Shown: one piece after another, positions 41,697-56,654 of the stretch
How the letters are laid out: each line of letters begins with the position of its first letter
How positions within the stretch are numbered: position 1 is the first letter of the stretch
Assembly (NCBI GenBank): GCA_030770535.1
Contig: JASVEC010000002.1
Location: 2,170,001-2,234,000 of the forward strand
From: Batkoa obscura
Taxonomy: Eukaryota
Direction: 5' to 3'
Length of the DNA stretch: 64,000 nt
Made by a program: the position numbers and the translations under genes
Notes under the pieces: generated by a model
Database searches by the model: none
Told to the model about the DNA's origin: nothing
What the model saw: only the letters and a program-made list of their open reading frames with translations

Positions 41697-42903
41697 ATAT
41701 GTTAAATTTTGATAACATATTGCCCACTACTAATAATTCAAATAAAACCACAGAGCCTAGAGCCCTTCAAATCCTCACATTAATGATAAATTATCAAATT
41801 GTTAATAATATAATTTGTAATTTCAAAGTTAAATTATACTAAAACTTTTAAATGAATAAAAATAAATCTAAATAGAAGAAATGGATCCTAATTAGCATTC
41901 CAGCTATCTTACTATCCTGCCGTCTCCTACTACTAAATTAAATGAACTAAATCATTTATAGAGCCATATAATTCAATAGATTAAGAGAACCTTTAGTTTT
42001 TTGGAAGCTATTGAATTCTTTATCTCTATCTGATCTTTCCACAATTAATATTGAATTTTTTTTATACTCATAGCATCAAGCAATTTTTTTATAGTCTTAT
42101 TAAAGCCTATAAATCGCAAAGATATAGATTCATTTATACATCTTAATGGAATAAAGCTTTTAAACATTCTCTATTCAAAAGGAATAAGTAAAAATGTCAT
42201 ACATTTTCTTAAAAGTGTATATTGTTTTTAGTCTACTTTAAAATATTTTAAAAGAAAGCTGGTTTAATTTAAAACTTATTAAATTTAGTAAATTTAGCCA
42301 AAATTCAAAATTTTTACATATTTGCTATATTTACTAAATTAGTGCTGTTGAAAGCTAACAGGTCGAAATAATTTAAATATATCTTCGGTGGTTTTTGTTT
42401 ATTATATTAGACCTCATTTGAAGGTATATATGGAAGCTTTAATTTGTCGTTGTTTATAAAAATCGTGATATAGGGTATGGTTCATGATTTAAAATATTGT
42501 CAATAAGAAATTTTATATGAGATTATTAGAGATAATTAAAAAGGCTAGTTACTTTTAAATAAATGAAAACAAACAATCTTAATGGTATTTTTAATGTCAA
42601 AATATAAATTAATAATGTAATAAATTAAGTGTAAAAAATAAAAATACTCAAGTTTACTTTTTTATTAAACTTAAATCTTTTATTTAAATTTCTTTACGAT
42701 GTTAGTAAAACCTTAGTAAATAAGCTATATTAACTCTAAAAGTTCTCATTTTATATACATTAAATAAGCTCAATGATATATGTATGTATATTATAAATAA
42801 AGTTGCTTTTCAATAAAATTTTAACTTATTAAAAATGAATAGTTACAACCATTGCAGCTTTTTTACGCCTTCATTAGTGATAATTTTTATAAATTATCTA
42901 TAC

Positions 42904-42999
42904 AAAGCTATTTTTGGTCTCATAACTTTTTCTATTTTTTAAGCGCTATTTGAGTGGAAAAACTGTTAGTAAAATTCTTAAGCAAAAAAATACATCCCT
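42904..42999. mobile_element. MITE A, upstream of SLU7
   Basis: AGCGCTATTTGAGTGGAAAAACTGTTAGTAAAAT...TACATCCCT|ATAT. Confidence 0.8.
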
Positions 43000-43279
43000 A
43001 TATAATAATTTTTATTTCTGGTTTTTATATTTGCTCGAATTTTATAATGAACTTTGTTTTTAAATGAGAAGTTAGTTAGACTGCAAAGGAATTGTAATGA
43101 AGCAGCTATATAAAAAATCATTTTTTTTGCTAAAATTTTAATATCCAATGAATAGCAACTTCTAATCTGAGTGTCAGATTTCAGGATTAAAAATAGTTTA
43201 AAATTTGAAACTTAGTGTTTAATTTTAGTTAGTTTGAAAAGCAATTGAAAGTGATTTCTAATTTTTTCAATATTAGACA

Positions 43280-44977
43280 ATGGCAGCAAACAGTAATGTT
43301 AATTATTTTATAAAATCAAGATATACTAACCTTTGATTCAAAGTCAATAAACTTAGCAGAGAGGATTTTCGTAAGCAAAAAGACTTAGAAGCGGCACGTA
43401 AAGCAGGTACAGCGCCAGCAGAATTGGATGAAGAGGGCAATGAGATCAATCCCCATATTCCACAATATATTTCAAAAGCACCATGTAAGTTGATTCTATA
43501 CTTTAAATGCTATGATGACTGAATTGACTTGAAATAGGGTATTTGGATTCTGGAGGTCCCTCATTAAAGCATCAACGTCCACAAAAGTTTGAAGATAAAG
43601 ATAAAGATAGTTGGTATGATAAAGGAGCAACAGCAGTACGTCTTTTAGTTTTCATTTTCTATATAAGATGGTTTTTAATCACTCTTTTTAGGGCCCAGCA
43701 GCTACAAAATATCGTAAAGGAGCATGTCAAAATTGTGGTGCGATGACGCATAAAACCAAAGAATGTGTTGAAAGACCTAGAAAACTTGGAGCAAAGTTTA
43801 CTGGAAAGGACATCAAGGTAATGTGTAGATTAAAGTTATAAAGATAGAAATTAATTCGATTTAAGCCGGATGAAGTGATACAAAATTTAGAGTTTAATTA
43901 TGATAGTAAAAGAGATCGTTGGAATGGGTATGATGCAACCGAGCATGATAAATTATTTAAAGGTAAAATTCATTGTAAAAAAATTTAGTTGTGTTTTTTA
44001 TCGATTTTTTTAGTACATAACATGATTGAAGAAGCACGTAAAAAAAGGAAAGCTAAAGAGTTAGATGAAGCTGCATTAGCTGGTATAAGCACCAATCAAG
44101 AGCTTAAAAAAGTGATCGATCCTTCCAATATGGAGTTTGGGTCAAGTGACGATAGTGACGACGATGATGAAAAATATGCTGAAAAAGGAGCGATGACTGG
44201 GCAAGCAGGAGCAAAATCAAAAACTACAGTAAAAAATTTACGGTAAAAGAAGAATTTTGTTATAATTTAAAAAAATGTATTAATATACTTTAGTATTCGC
44301 GAAGATATACCCAAATATTTACGTAATTTAGACGTAGATTCGGCTTATTATGATCCCAAATCACGCTCTATGAGAGATAATCCTACCCAGGATAACCCTA
44401 ATGAGGTAAGTTAAAACTGAAATTCGATATTTTTTATGTATTAAAAAACAATATAGGCTTCATTTGCTGGAGATAACTTTATACGTCAAACTGGCGATGC
44501 ATCTAAGGTAGTAAACTTACAATTGTATGCTTGGAAAGAAGCAGAAGAAAATGAAGACGGGCTACATCTGGAAGCTAATCCAACGCAATATGAACTAAAA
44601 TATAAAAAACATTTGGATGAAAAAGAAGCAACAAAAAATGTTACACGTCAATCAGTACTTGAGAAATATGGCGGCATTGAACATCTTAATGCACCCGATA
44701 GAGAGCTCTTAATGGCACAAACAGAAAGCTATGTGGAATATTCGAGAACGGGAGCGGTTATTTTTGGTCAAGAGAAAGCAATTCCTAAAACTAAGTATCA
44801 GGAAGATGGTAAGGAAATTTATTTATTTATTGGGCTTTATTGACTTATCATCATTCTTTAGCTTATCCTCAAAATCATACATCTGTCTGGGGATCTTACT
44901 TTGAAGAGGGCAAATGGGGTTATCAATGCTGTCATTCGTTTTATAAAAATGCTTATTGTATCCCTATTAAAAAATAA
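43280..44977 (+). CDS. SLU7: Pre-mRNA splicing factor Slu7
   Basis: [34 protein letters not shown], zinc knuckle [35 protein letters not shown]. Confidence 0.95.
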
Positions 44978-45481
44978 TATTGAAAGTTTATCTAACTTAA
45001 CTTGTTTGAGAATATAAAGGATTTTTAGGTTGAAGAGTTATTATTTTAATTAAAAATATTAAGTATTGGGCTTTTAGCTTGTTTTCTGTTTTTAGTGATT
45101 GGATAACATTGGGATGACTCTAGGTTTATTGTGTATATTAAATAAATATAATAAATCCAGATAAAATAGAAATAAGTGTATCATGGCTTTTTTAATTTCA
45201 AGAATTTGCGATAATGATTATCCGATTTAAAATTTAAGTAGTTTCAGTTTTTAAATTACCAAACAAAATGGTGACCAAAAATGTCATAATAAAAAAAATG
45301 CTACCAGATCCCATAAAGTTTTGAGAGAAGTGATTGGTGACTTATTCGGTTTTTTAAAAAACTAAGAAACTTTAGTGAAAAAAATCAAAAAATTCAAGCA
45401 CTGATAATAAAGTATTAATCTATTGCCATTTAGATACAATTAAATAGATAATTATTTTTTAGTAAAGATTAGATATAAAAT

Positions 45482-48162
45482 ATGGCTTCAATGATGGAAG
45501 ATCTCATTCCTTTAGTTAATAAACTACAAGATGTTTTTAATACCATTGGTAACGATACTTTAGATTTACCTCAAATTGTAGTCGTTGGGTAAATTTTTAC
45601 TATAATAAAACAAAATATAACAATGATAATAACAAAAATTACCCAAATGTAGTTCTCAGTCCTCTGGGAAGTCTTCTGTATTAGAAAACTTAGTAGGCAA
45701 AGATTTTTTACCACGAGGTAATGGGATCGTAACAAGACGACCATTAGTATTACAGTTAGTGAATTTAAGACAAAACGCAGACCCAGATTTAACAGAAAGA
45801 GCCCAATTTTTACACAGTCCAGGGAAAGTATTTACCGATTTTTTTGAGGTTAGAAAAGAAATTGAGGAAGATACAGCTAGAGATGCTGGTGAAAATAAAG
45901 GGATTTCTAGAAATCCTATTCATCTAAAAATCTTTTCACCTCATGTTTTAAATTTGACTGTTGTCGATTTGCCTGGTTTGACAAAAGTGGGTATATTTTT
46001 AGTTTTACTATTGTTTATTGACTAATATCATTATTATTATTATTTTAGATACCAATAGGTAAAATAAAATAACTTAAGTTAAATTTCATAATATTTAAAT
46101 TATATTTAAGGGGACCAGCCAAGTGATATTGAAAAACAAATACGTTCTTTAATTTTAGATTACATTTCTAAACCAAACAGGTAAATTAACTTCAGGTGTA
46201 ATGTAATCATCATTAAGCTTTTTGAAAGTATAATATTAGCAGTTAGTCCAGCTAACGTAGACTTGGTCAACTCAGAGAGTTTAAAATTAGCTAAAGAAGT
46301 AGATCCAGAAGGTAAAAGGACATTCATTAGTGACTCAAATTAATATTGATGAATATATATAGGAAAAAGAACAATAGGAGTAATCACTAAAATAGATTTA
46401 ATGGATGCTGGAACAAATGCACTTGATATACTTACAGGAAGAGTATTAAATCTTAAACTTGGTTTTATTGGAGTAGTAAATAGAAGTCAACAAGATACGG
46501 TAGCCAATAAACCCATCATTGATTCTCTTAAAGCAGAAACTGATTTTTTCTCAACTCACCCAGCCTACAAAAGTATATCCACTCGATGTGGCACTGCTCA
46601 TTTAGCTAAAACTTTAAATCAAGTAAGCCAACTTAGCTTAATAAAATAATAAAGGTTTATATTGTTATTATTATTTAGGTACTTGTTAATCATATCCGTG
46701 AGCGTTTACCCGATATGAAATCAAAATTAAATACTATGATTGGTCAAACTCAACAAGAGTTGGCTTCTTATGGTAACCCTTCTGTTGAATCAAATGAAAA
46801 CAAAGTAAGCTTTATATCAAACAACATGTTAAAATAGATGCTAAACCTTTTTAGGGTCTTATGGTACTTAGATTATTGACTGATTTTGCTAGAAATTATA
46901 CAAATTCAATTGATGGAACTAACCCTTATAATGCCCATGAACTGTAAATAATATGTCATTATTAATTAACCAAATTTATTTAAATAATATAAATATTTAG
47001 CTGTGGAGGTGCAAGGATCTATGACATATTTAATCATGTTTATGGGTCAGCATTAAAATCGATTAACCCAGGAGCCAATTTGACATTTCAAGATATACGT
47101 ATAGCTATACGTAATTCTACTGGACCAAGGCCCTCTTTATTTGTTCCAGAGATAGCATTTGAAATACTCATAAAACCACAGATCAAATTGTTACACAACC
47201 CAAGTAGCCGCTGTGTGGAATTGGTTTATGAAGAATTAATGAAAATTTGTCATAGTTGTTACAATAAAGTAAGTATCCTAGTTAATATAAGGTCTATAAG
47301 ATAATAAACATACTCAATAATATAACTGTTTTTTTAGGAATTACTTAAGTTTCCTAAATTGAATGCCCGTATCAACGAAGTAGTATCTGAATTATTAAGA
47401 GAAAGGTTAACCCCAACAGTTAATTATGTCGAAAGTTTAATTGATATTCAGCTATCTTATATTAATACATTACATCCTGATTTTATTGGCGCTAATGGGG
47501 CAATGGAAAATATTGCTTCAAGTATGAATAAAAAAGCTAATGAAGTGAATGCGATGGAAGAAAGTAATCAAACCCCCCATTTGATTACCAATACTAGGAC
47601 AGAAGCTATTAGTAAATCTATCGCCATTCCTAAATCTCATACCCTTCCTAGAAGAGCAAATGTTACAAAAGAAGCCGACCTATTGGAAAATTTCTTTGGA
47701 GGCGAGAAAGATCCCAATCATGGTGAAATTGATAAGGTAATATTGTGATTGTCATAGAAAAAATGAATATTTATTTTTTATACATAGCTTTCTGCCCAAT
47801 TGGATGACCAGACGTTGGCAGATGAGCATGAGGATAATGAGATTCAACTTATACGTAAGATTATTATACCAATTTTACTTATTCAACATATTTAATTTAA
47901 ATTCTTAGGAGAACTTATTAAATCATATTTCCATATAACTAGTAAATCAATTCAAGATTTAGTGCCTAAAGCCATCATGCATTTATTAGTGAATTATACC
48001 AAAGATACATTACAAAACCAATTAGTATCACATCTTTATAAATTTGAACAATTTGATGAATTATTAATGGAAGATGAAACTTTGGCGGATGAAAGAGCTA
48101 AATGTTTGGAACTCTTAAATCTTTATAAAAGAGCTTATGAAATTATTAATGAAGCTACTTAA
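45482..48162 (+). CDS. DNM1: Dynamin-related GTPase Dnm1/Drp1-like
   Basis: [84 protein letters not shown]. Confidence 0.88.
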
Positions 48163-48361
48163 TTAAGATAATAATTCATGACTTATATATTATAAAAAAG
48201 ATTTATTCTTATTTTTTAATGTTAACTAAATAAATAGCTTAATATCATTATTTTCATTACCAAATGTTAGTTTTTTTCTATTTCAATTTGTAATAAGATA
48301 AATTTTATAAAAAACAAATAATCTAAAAATAATCTAAAACATAGATAATATATTAACTTGA

Positions 48362-50115
48362 TTAAACTGAAAGTTGAGCCAATTGTTGTTCAATTTCTCT
48401 AGTTTCCAGTTCCAATTGACGACGCTCCCTTTCGATTTCAGCCATCATCTTCTGACTATTAGAGTGTAACTAAAAATATTAAATTAAAACCATTATCCAT
48501 ATAAAAATAAAATTATTCTTTACCTGTTCTTCACGATCACGTAAAGTTTGCTCTTTTTCTCTAACTTGATTGACAAATTTTAATCTCAATTCTTCTTCTT
48601 TACGTATCATATCATCAGAAAATTCAATTTTACGATCCTCAAGTCTCTTCATAAATTCTTCGTCACAAGCTAAAATGGATTCCGGTCTACCATTACGACG
48701 TAATTTAGTAGCACGGAATTTGAAATAATGAATAGAATGAGTCGATTCAAGGATATCAAGTAAACAGTTATTCATTAACATTTGTTGAAGATGTATAAAA
48801 TCACAATGTTCTGGGTTATCAACTAGGATTAGAATTTTAGTCTATAAGTTTTGATTTGTATCTTTTTTATATTACCTTCGGCTACTCCCCAACGGAACTT
48901 TCTTCCCCTAACTAAATTATCTCCTTTATTAATTACCCCTTGGCTACCCATGACTGTGAATGGATAGTGTTCCTTTATTATAGATGAATTAAATCACTAC
49001 TTTAGAAATTGTATTTTCTTACCACAAGCTCTTGATTTAGATCATGTTCATCACTGTAATCGGAAACATATGTCTTAATATCATGATGTTTCAATTGATT
49101 TAAAATCTATTTAAAAAAGGTTAAATAACTTCCTGTTCTCTTATTAATTAAATCTACTTTTTTCTTGTTCCATTCCTTTTCATTTGGCATAATAGTATCA
49201 GCTTTAGCAATAACAGGGATAATGTTAACCTTATCTGAAAGCTCTTTCAAAACCATGATATCGATATCACGTAGCCTATCAAATGAATCAGGAATTTTTT
49301 TTGTGAATTCTATAATAAAACTAACCCAGCACCTGGGGCAACAAAATACAACAAGGCATGTACTCTGGTATCTTGATATCTTTCGCGATGATTATTATTA
49401 TTTTCTTGCTGAAGATACCTCTCAAATTGAGCATCAATATATTCATGGATTGGTATTAAACTTCAAAAAATAAGTAAATAAAATTAGCTCTATTGAATAT
49501 AAAACCCAAGTTACTCTTCTTCTCTATTTAAACGATCACCAAAGCCAGGGGTATCAATAACGGTAAGGTTTAGACTTGTGTTTTCTTCTTGTAGTTCTAA
49601 ATAAATAATTAGCATTTAGTTCACTTTGAAAAGATTTAAAAAAGCATACCAAAGCTTTTAGAAGAAATAGAAACTTTATCAGTTTTTTGAGGTGCTTTAG
49701 GATACACATTTTCATAGATATCGGTATTAAACAACGTATTGATAAAGGTTGTTTTCCCTAATCCAGATTCACCTATGTTTTATTAGAAAGGAAATCTTTT
49801 AAAACTATTATTTTTTTTTAAATTACCAGCAATCATTAAGTTGAAAACAAAAGCTTGTCTATTGACCCTTTTAATCCTTTGCTTTGGTAAATCATGTACG
49901 CCCAAAATATCCGATAACACGATTTGATTGAAACTAGGTCTATGCCAAGCGCTTGCTGAATTGAACTTGCCACTATGTTGGATAATAAATATTTAAATTA
50001 AAAAATTAACATGTCTTAATCTTAATCTACCCATGTTGATGTGCGTATTCCTAAAAAGTACATTGTCAATAAATTGAGATTGTTGGTTATGATCGTATGG
50101 ACTTACCAATGGCAT
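48362..50115 (-). CDS. Septin (Cdc3-like, C-terminal coiled coil)
   Basis: [52 protein letters not shown]. Confidence 0.9.
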
Positions 50116-50776
50116 TTTAGTGAATTATTTGAATTAATAAAATTAAGTTCTGTTTTCTTTTAAGTGGCTTTTGTTCAACTAATTGCTGTAAATGCAATAA
50201 AGTTGCAAAAAATGAAGCAAGAAAGGTACGAATTTTCGCACCAAAAATTTACGTGTAAGCTGATACAAAGTTAATTCATATCATTAAAAGTCCTTTATTA
50301 AATATTTAAGATATAAGAAGTGGGATGAAGGAGCTTATTGCTCCTTTATTCAGTTGAATTAAAATAGCTACTAATATATATATAATATTGTTGTTTAAAT
50401 ATAGCTTAAAATAGGACTGTAATGAACAGCTTTTGTCTTAGTGATTGTCTATCACATTTGCTTTCTAAATTAATAAAATTTGAATGAAGTTTTTAAACTC
50501 AATATCTTATTGTATAATATTCATGGTATATATGACTGTATTTTATACAACATTTAATTAATTCATAAAAAACTTGGTTGTATTTTTTATTAAAGTTTTA
50601 TTAGAGGGTTTCCTAACTTTTATGCTTAAAAATGGATAAAATGATACAAAAAAAACACTTCAATAATTTGGAGTATTTTTCTTGGTTTCTTTTTTACTAA
50701 TAGTTTTCCTTAATATTATATTGGATAAAGATGAAAAAAATAAATAAAAACAAATTTAATTAAAATTTCAACAGTA

Positions 50777-53330
50777 ATGAAACATCTGGAAGGCTCAATC
50801 GAGGAGCAAATTTTTGCAGTTCACAATGGTAGCAAAAACATATTTATATAGGCAGGTCCAGGGTCACGTAATCGAATCAAATATAAAGTTAATAAACTGT
50901 ATAAAATAAACAGGTAAAACTCATGTTTTAGTACCAAGCGTTGTAGGAAAAGTGATTTTACCTATTATAAATAGAACCAACAATAGTAATAAAACAAACC
51001 ATATATCTGTAGCTATTACCTTTACTAAAGAGGTAGCGTTGGCATTAAAACAAAGATTAAATTCATTAAAAAGTTCTTTGATATAGAAGTAGAAGAACCG
51101 CTTGAAGAATATTTTGCCAAAAGCGAAGACTTTACGGGAACCTTCCATTCGTTTGATTTATATATGAATTCAATTTTTTTAGTCTATGTTATTCAATAGA
51201 GATAAAAGTATGGTTGACGAAGAAAGTACAGAAAATTTTGAATAAAATTTTACCTATGCTCATGAAAAAAAAAATGAAATCGGTATAATCAAAAAAATCA
51301 GAATTAAGCTTTTCCTCAAACTATTACCTGAGCATAAGTAAAGAACTAAGATAATATATGACAAATTAGTAGATGATAAGCTTCTTTATGATCCAAGACA
51401 TTTTGAAAAAGTCTGCATTAGTTATTTAGATGATGATTCCCGAGAAAAGAGAATCAATATACTCGAATTAGATCGTGATATTTATACGGAATACTGCTCG
51501 GAGTTATATTCAAAAAATGATCTAGATTTCAACGACATGATAGAATGGGGGATTTTTGTATATACTAGATTTATTGTCAATCTGAAATTAATCCAAAGTC
51601 CTAAGAAAATTATATGGTGATAGATACCAAGATTCCAGTCGTTTACAACTATATTTTATAAAGATGATAAAGGATTACATGAACCAGGTAAGTGTCAAAA
51701 TGACTGCGATTGTGGTTAGGGATCCAGTCCAATCAAATTATAGTTGGTGTGGCCACAAGTTCGTTTGCTTGAATAATAGAGGAAGTAGTGCTGATACAGT
51801 AAGAGGTTTATTTCAACCTTTTATATCAGACTAAAGAAAAGAGCTTGAATGAAAAACCATGTTTTTATCAAAAATTTTGGATCAACAAACTCAATTATAA
51901 ATATTCTAAACAAAATCTTACTTAAGGATGGAAATCGAGAGCCAAAATAAGAAGATGTTAGCGGAAGTGAATGTTTCGACTATAAAAGTAATGCTAAACA
52001 TCCAGGACCAACTTTAGTTGAATATGAAAACGATGACCATAAAATAATGTATATGATAGACAGTGTTAAAAGTATAAAAGACAATCCAAATAGATTCAAG
52101 GTAGGAATAAATTACAAGTACATTTCAATACTTCTAAGAGCAATAAGAATTATACCGTCTTTAATAAAAGAATTAACATATAACAGGATACTATATGAAA
52201 AGATAAAGACTTTGGACTGTCTAGCTATAAAAAAGTTGCACATATTTGGGTTTATTTAAATATTATAAAAAACCTATGGGATGAATCCTTAATAAAAAAT
52301 ATATTCAAATTTCCTTTTGAAGGAATAAACTCAAATACTAGAAATACATTGTTAAAAGCAATGAAAGCAACTTCACATTCAAAGATTTTATAAATCGTTT
52401 AAATCGAAACAATCCCAAGCTGTAGAGTCACAAATATGATGAGTATTAGAAAACCGCTATCAGTAATAGTGGAATACACATACTAAAATATCAATTTAAA
52501 CACACATATTAAATTATTGGTAATAGTGAGAACCAGCCTACTTTAGACATATTTATTAAAGGTATCGCAAACTTATATAGTGCAAATATACATGTGCAAT
52601 AAAATCAAGAGAAGAGAGAACAGACCTACTATCTGATGAAAATGATCCTTTGGGCGGTTTGACCTGATCAAAAGTGTTGATTAAATTTGCTGAAATGATT
52701 AGTTCGCCATATGGTTCTGAGGGATCAAAAAGCAATATGTATAAAGATCAAATGAATAATTACTCAATAGAAAATTATTTACGCTGGTTCTAACAAAAAA
52801 ACAACAATGTGGGTTTCATAGCGTCAATCAATCTACTTCTCCAAGCTGCTGGATTAAGCTGTAATATTAACAAAAAAATTACCAAAGACACAGCCAAGCT
52901 CGCTACTTTATATTCTCCCAAAGGTAATTTAAATACGACTAATTTTGATGCATTTGATGCTTATCAAGGATAGAATGCTCAATCGTATTTATACCAGGTT
53001 TAAATAAAAATATAATTCCTAATGATCTTGCTGTAGAAGAAGAACGTAAAGGTGGAGAGGCAAGGTTATTATATGTTAATTACTAAATGTAAGTACTTTT
53101 TTAGCAATGCTGTATAGCAAAGAAGGAGCTATGCCAAAAATTAAAAAGAGTTTTTTGAACAAAGTACCACCATTTTTAAAAGATATATAATCTAATGAAC
53201 TTGATACATACATTTCATATTTTAGTAGTAAATTTTTTATAGAATATACTGCGCTTTTGAATCCTAAATACAATATTGGCTTTATTAATTCAAAATGCAA
53301 CATACCTTATCCCAAAATTAATAATGAAGA
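50777..53330 (+). pseudogene. UvrD/PcrA/Srs2-family (SF1A) helicase pseudogene
   Basis: Ordered motifs EEQIFAV..AGPGS/KT, AITFTKEVA..LKQRL, GTFHSF, LDFNDM, DRYQDSS, VRDPVQSNYSWCG, NFGSTNSIIN, ISILLR, FIPGLN and EARLLYV; many stops and frameshifts. Confidence 0.8.
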
Positions 53331-55133
53331 TGAGAATGCTTTAAGCTTTTCCAGAAATCATATCTCTTGGAGCTCATCGCTATTCCTCCATTATTTATCG
53401 ATATCAATGAATATTGCGAATTATTAGAAAAGAGTAAACTTAAAAGGTTTTTCCCTCCCAACATAAAGGATTAAGTAGTAATATGACTCTTAATAAATCG
53501 TCAGGGACTTTTGTACTGAAACCATTCAAAAATTTAGACATGACTGATATAGCCAATACTGTATTGAAAAAATTTAAAAAATGTTTATAGCGATTTTTAA
53601 AAGAATGTAGTATAAATATATATCAATACTGATAACTATCCATTTAAGCAATGGATTAGCTTTTCATTTAAATAAATACTGCCTCAAGTATGCACTTTCT
53701 AAAAACAACAACTTGTTCAATTTTTAGGCACAAAACTTATAATTAGTTAAAAGGAAAAAAATATCCATACCAAAAATGATCAATTGATAACATTACATAA
53801 GCAATATAAATTGGATTGTAGTAATTGTAGGTAATTAAAAAATTAAATTGAGTAAAGTTTCACAAGCGGCTATAAAAGTATTATATGATTTTGTTTTTAG
53901 TACTTAGAACTATTGATAGGAAAAAATCACGCCAAAAAATTCAACTGAAAATTGACTTTAATGCTACAATTAATGCATATATTATTTTAGTAATATATCT
54001 AGCTTTTTTTATCATAATTTTCAAGGACATTGGTCCAGATGCTTCGATATTATTTTAGTGTATATCAAAGTTGTACTAGGATACAGACGTGTATATACTT
54101 AGCGAAGTTGCAATCAACACAACCATTTTAAATTATTATTGGGTAAGTGTAACAAGGTTTTATCCAAAATACAAATCATACAAATCACCATTAACTTAAA
54201 GCTAGGGTAGTTTTTTTAATAGCAAGTCATAAGAAAGCTTCAATTGTTTTAATTGCCCAAACGATTTGAACTTTAAACTGTTCTTAACTATTTTGGTTGC
54301 TAAACTGCAGTTATATTTAGATTCTGAGTGACATCCTATAATAATAAAGTATGAATCATTAAATACGCTAGCGGACCGATTCTCTACAAAAACGCGTTGC
54401 ATATTTTTGTTGCTAGTTCATGTCTATCGATATTTTTGTGCTGTAATTGGCAGTCGCTGGGAATTTGAGCAGTTCCTCTTTGAGTATGACAATAAGTTTG
54501 TTTTGTATAAAACCGATCTTTTGTATTGTAGTTTTTTATGTAAAAAAAATCCGTTAAATTATTTAGGCATCTTTTCCTTCGATACACTATTTGAATAATT
54601 CTCCAATCATTCAGCTAATAAACTCAGTGTATTAACACCTTACTGATATTAAGTATAAGAGCGCTCTTTATCTTTCTAAACTAAATGTGGAATTTCAGTA
54701 AGCCAGGGTGGAAAGCCTTAATCTATTTAACTTGTTATATATTGAGCTCTAACTTGTAAAACCTAGGAGTCATGGTTACATTACTTCATGTGCTGTTTAA
54801 AATTCAAAAAGTATTAAAGGAGGGAGAGCTTTGCTTCATAAGCAAAAGGCTGAATCCTTAGCGTCTCATTCGTTTCAATAGTGCAAGGACTAAACGTTGG
54901 TTTCTAGGCAATGAAAAAGCATTTTTATAGCTTCTAAATTTATTCTTAAAATAAACTACTTTATTTATTTCATCATTTAGTAACTTAATTCTTGAAACTT
55001 TCCCTATAAGGTAAATTCAATTATAAAATTTTTCTAAAAACTATTTGACAGATTTTAAATTGAACTCCATCATCAAAAAATTAAGCAAAAATATAAAAAA
55101 CCAAAATAAAGTATTTACAGTTGTCTTTTTTAA

Positions 55134-56021
55134 ATGTCTGAAAAACTCAAATTATATGCAATGTACAGTGGAGGAGATGATGATCTATGTCTCTCTCCTT
55201 TTGTGTGGAGATCTCAATTAGCTTTAAAGCACAAAGTAAGCCCAGTTATCTTATTCTAGTTACTATGATTAACCTCAATCCTAGAACCTTTCCTTTGACA
55301 TTGAAAAATTAACTTACAGACAGATCAACAGTACGATTTCAACTATAACGTAAGTCTATTAAAGTATATTAAAATATAGAACCAAAAACCTATTCCTAGC
55401 AATGGCCAATGGAAGCAAGTTCCCGTCCTTGAGTTCCCTGACAAAACCGTTGTCTATAATAGCCTTCCCATTGCCCAAGCCTTGGAAGCACGTTATGAGC
55501 ATAATCCTTTGTTCCCCAATGGCACTCAACTTTCACAGTTTTTGGAGCATTATGTCAACTGTCACTCTGCCTATTCCTTCTTTGGTTTAATCCTGGAAAC
55601 CGAATTTGACACCTTTAAGCCTGAGGATCAAAAGGAGGCCAAGGAAAAGTTTGATGGATACAAAAGAAAGCTATCAAAACCTAAGGAAGAGCTCTACTCT
55701 AAGGCAAGAGAGTTTTTGAAGCCGATTGAGGAATTATTGAAAAATCATAAATTTCTTGAAGGAGATAAGCGTAGGTTTTTACTGTTTTTGTGTAGTTGAT
55801 AATGTTAAAAAAATTGTTTAGCTACATATAGTGATTACATTGTATTTGGATTGTTACAATGGCTAAGGGTCATGACACCAGTCCATTATAAAGCTTGTAT
55901 AGAGGATACAGAGGACCAAACCATACGTAAATGGTTCGAAAGTATACTTGAGCTTCACGGGAGGTACGCTAAAGAGTTTCCAGTAAATACACAATACGGA
56001 GAGTTTGCTTTGAAAGTGTAA
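55134..56021 (+). CDS. Glutathione S-transferase-fold protein (LigE/beta-etherase-like N-terminus)
   Basis: LSPFVWRSQLALKHK, VPVLEFPD..VYNSLPIAQALEARY, FLEGDK.TYSDYIVFG..QW. Confidence 0.75.
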
Positions 56022-56654
56022 ACTAAAATAGAAGATGAAACTAAATAAAAGGTTTTGGTTTGTTTACTGTAAGTCAATGAAGGGTTTTTAGGAATAAACC
56101 AAATCTAATTTTTATAAGTTAGTTGAAATTTGTACATATGAAACTATTTAAATTGTCATAATGTTAATCATGTTTTTTTATAAGCGTTTTTTTTAAAGCG
56201 GTAGGTTAAAAATATACTAACAAGTCAAAAATGTCGAATGAAAGATTATTTAAGATTGTTTGACAAAAAGATTTAAAAGTATCAAATTTTAATGCATAAC
56301 TTTGCTTCCCCATTCTCCTTCCTACTCTCCTCATATCATTTTATAGACCATTCTATCATTTTTTAACTTTTCTCACAACGATAAAACACATAGAAGATAC
56401 TGGCCCCTCCAGAATTTTTAAATAACATCAAAGCTTCATCTAATTTATGTCAAACCAGAATTTAATTGATAGCATTTTTGAAAAAACATCAACCTTTATA
56501 AGCTGACTTTTAGCTATGGGAAATTCTGTTACCCATCAAGTATTTTACTTACTTTTTAAGTAGCTTGAACTTTGAACTATTAGCTAAATTCCTAAACAGA
56601 AAACATGCCAAAATAAACTATACTCATTGTGGTGTATTAATATAAAATATGTAT

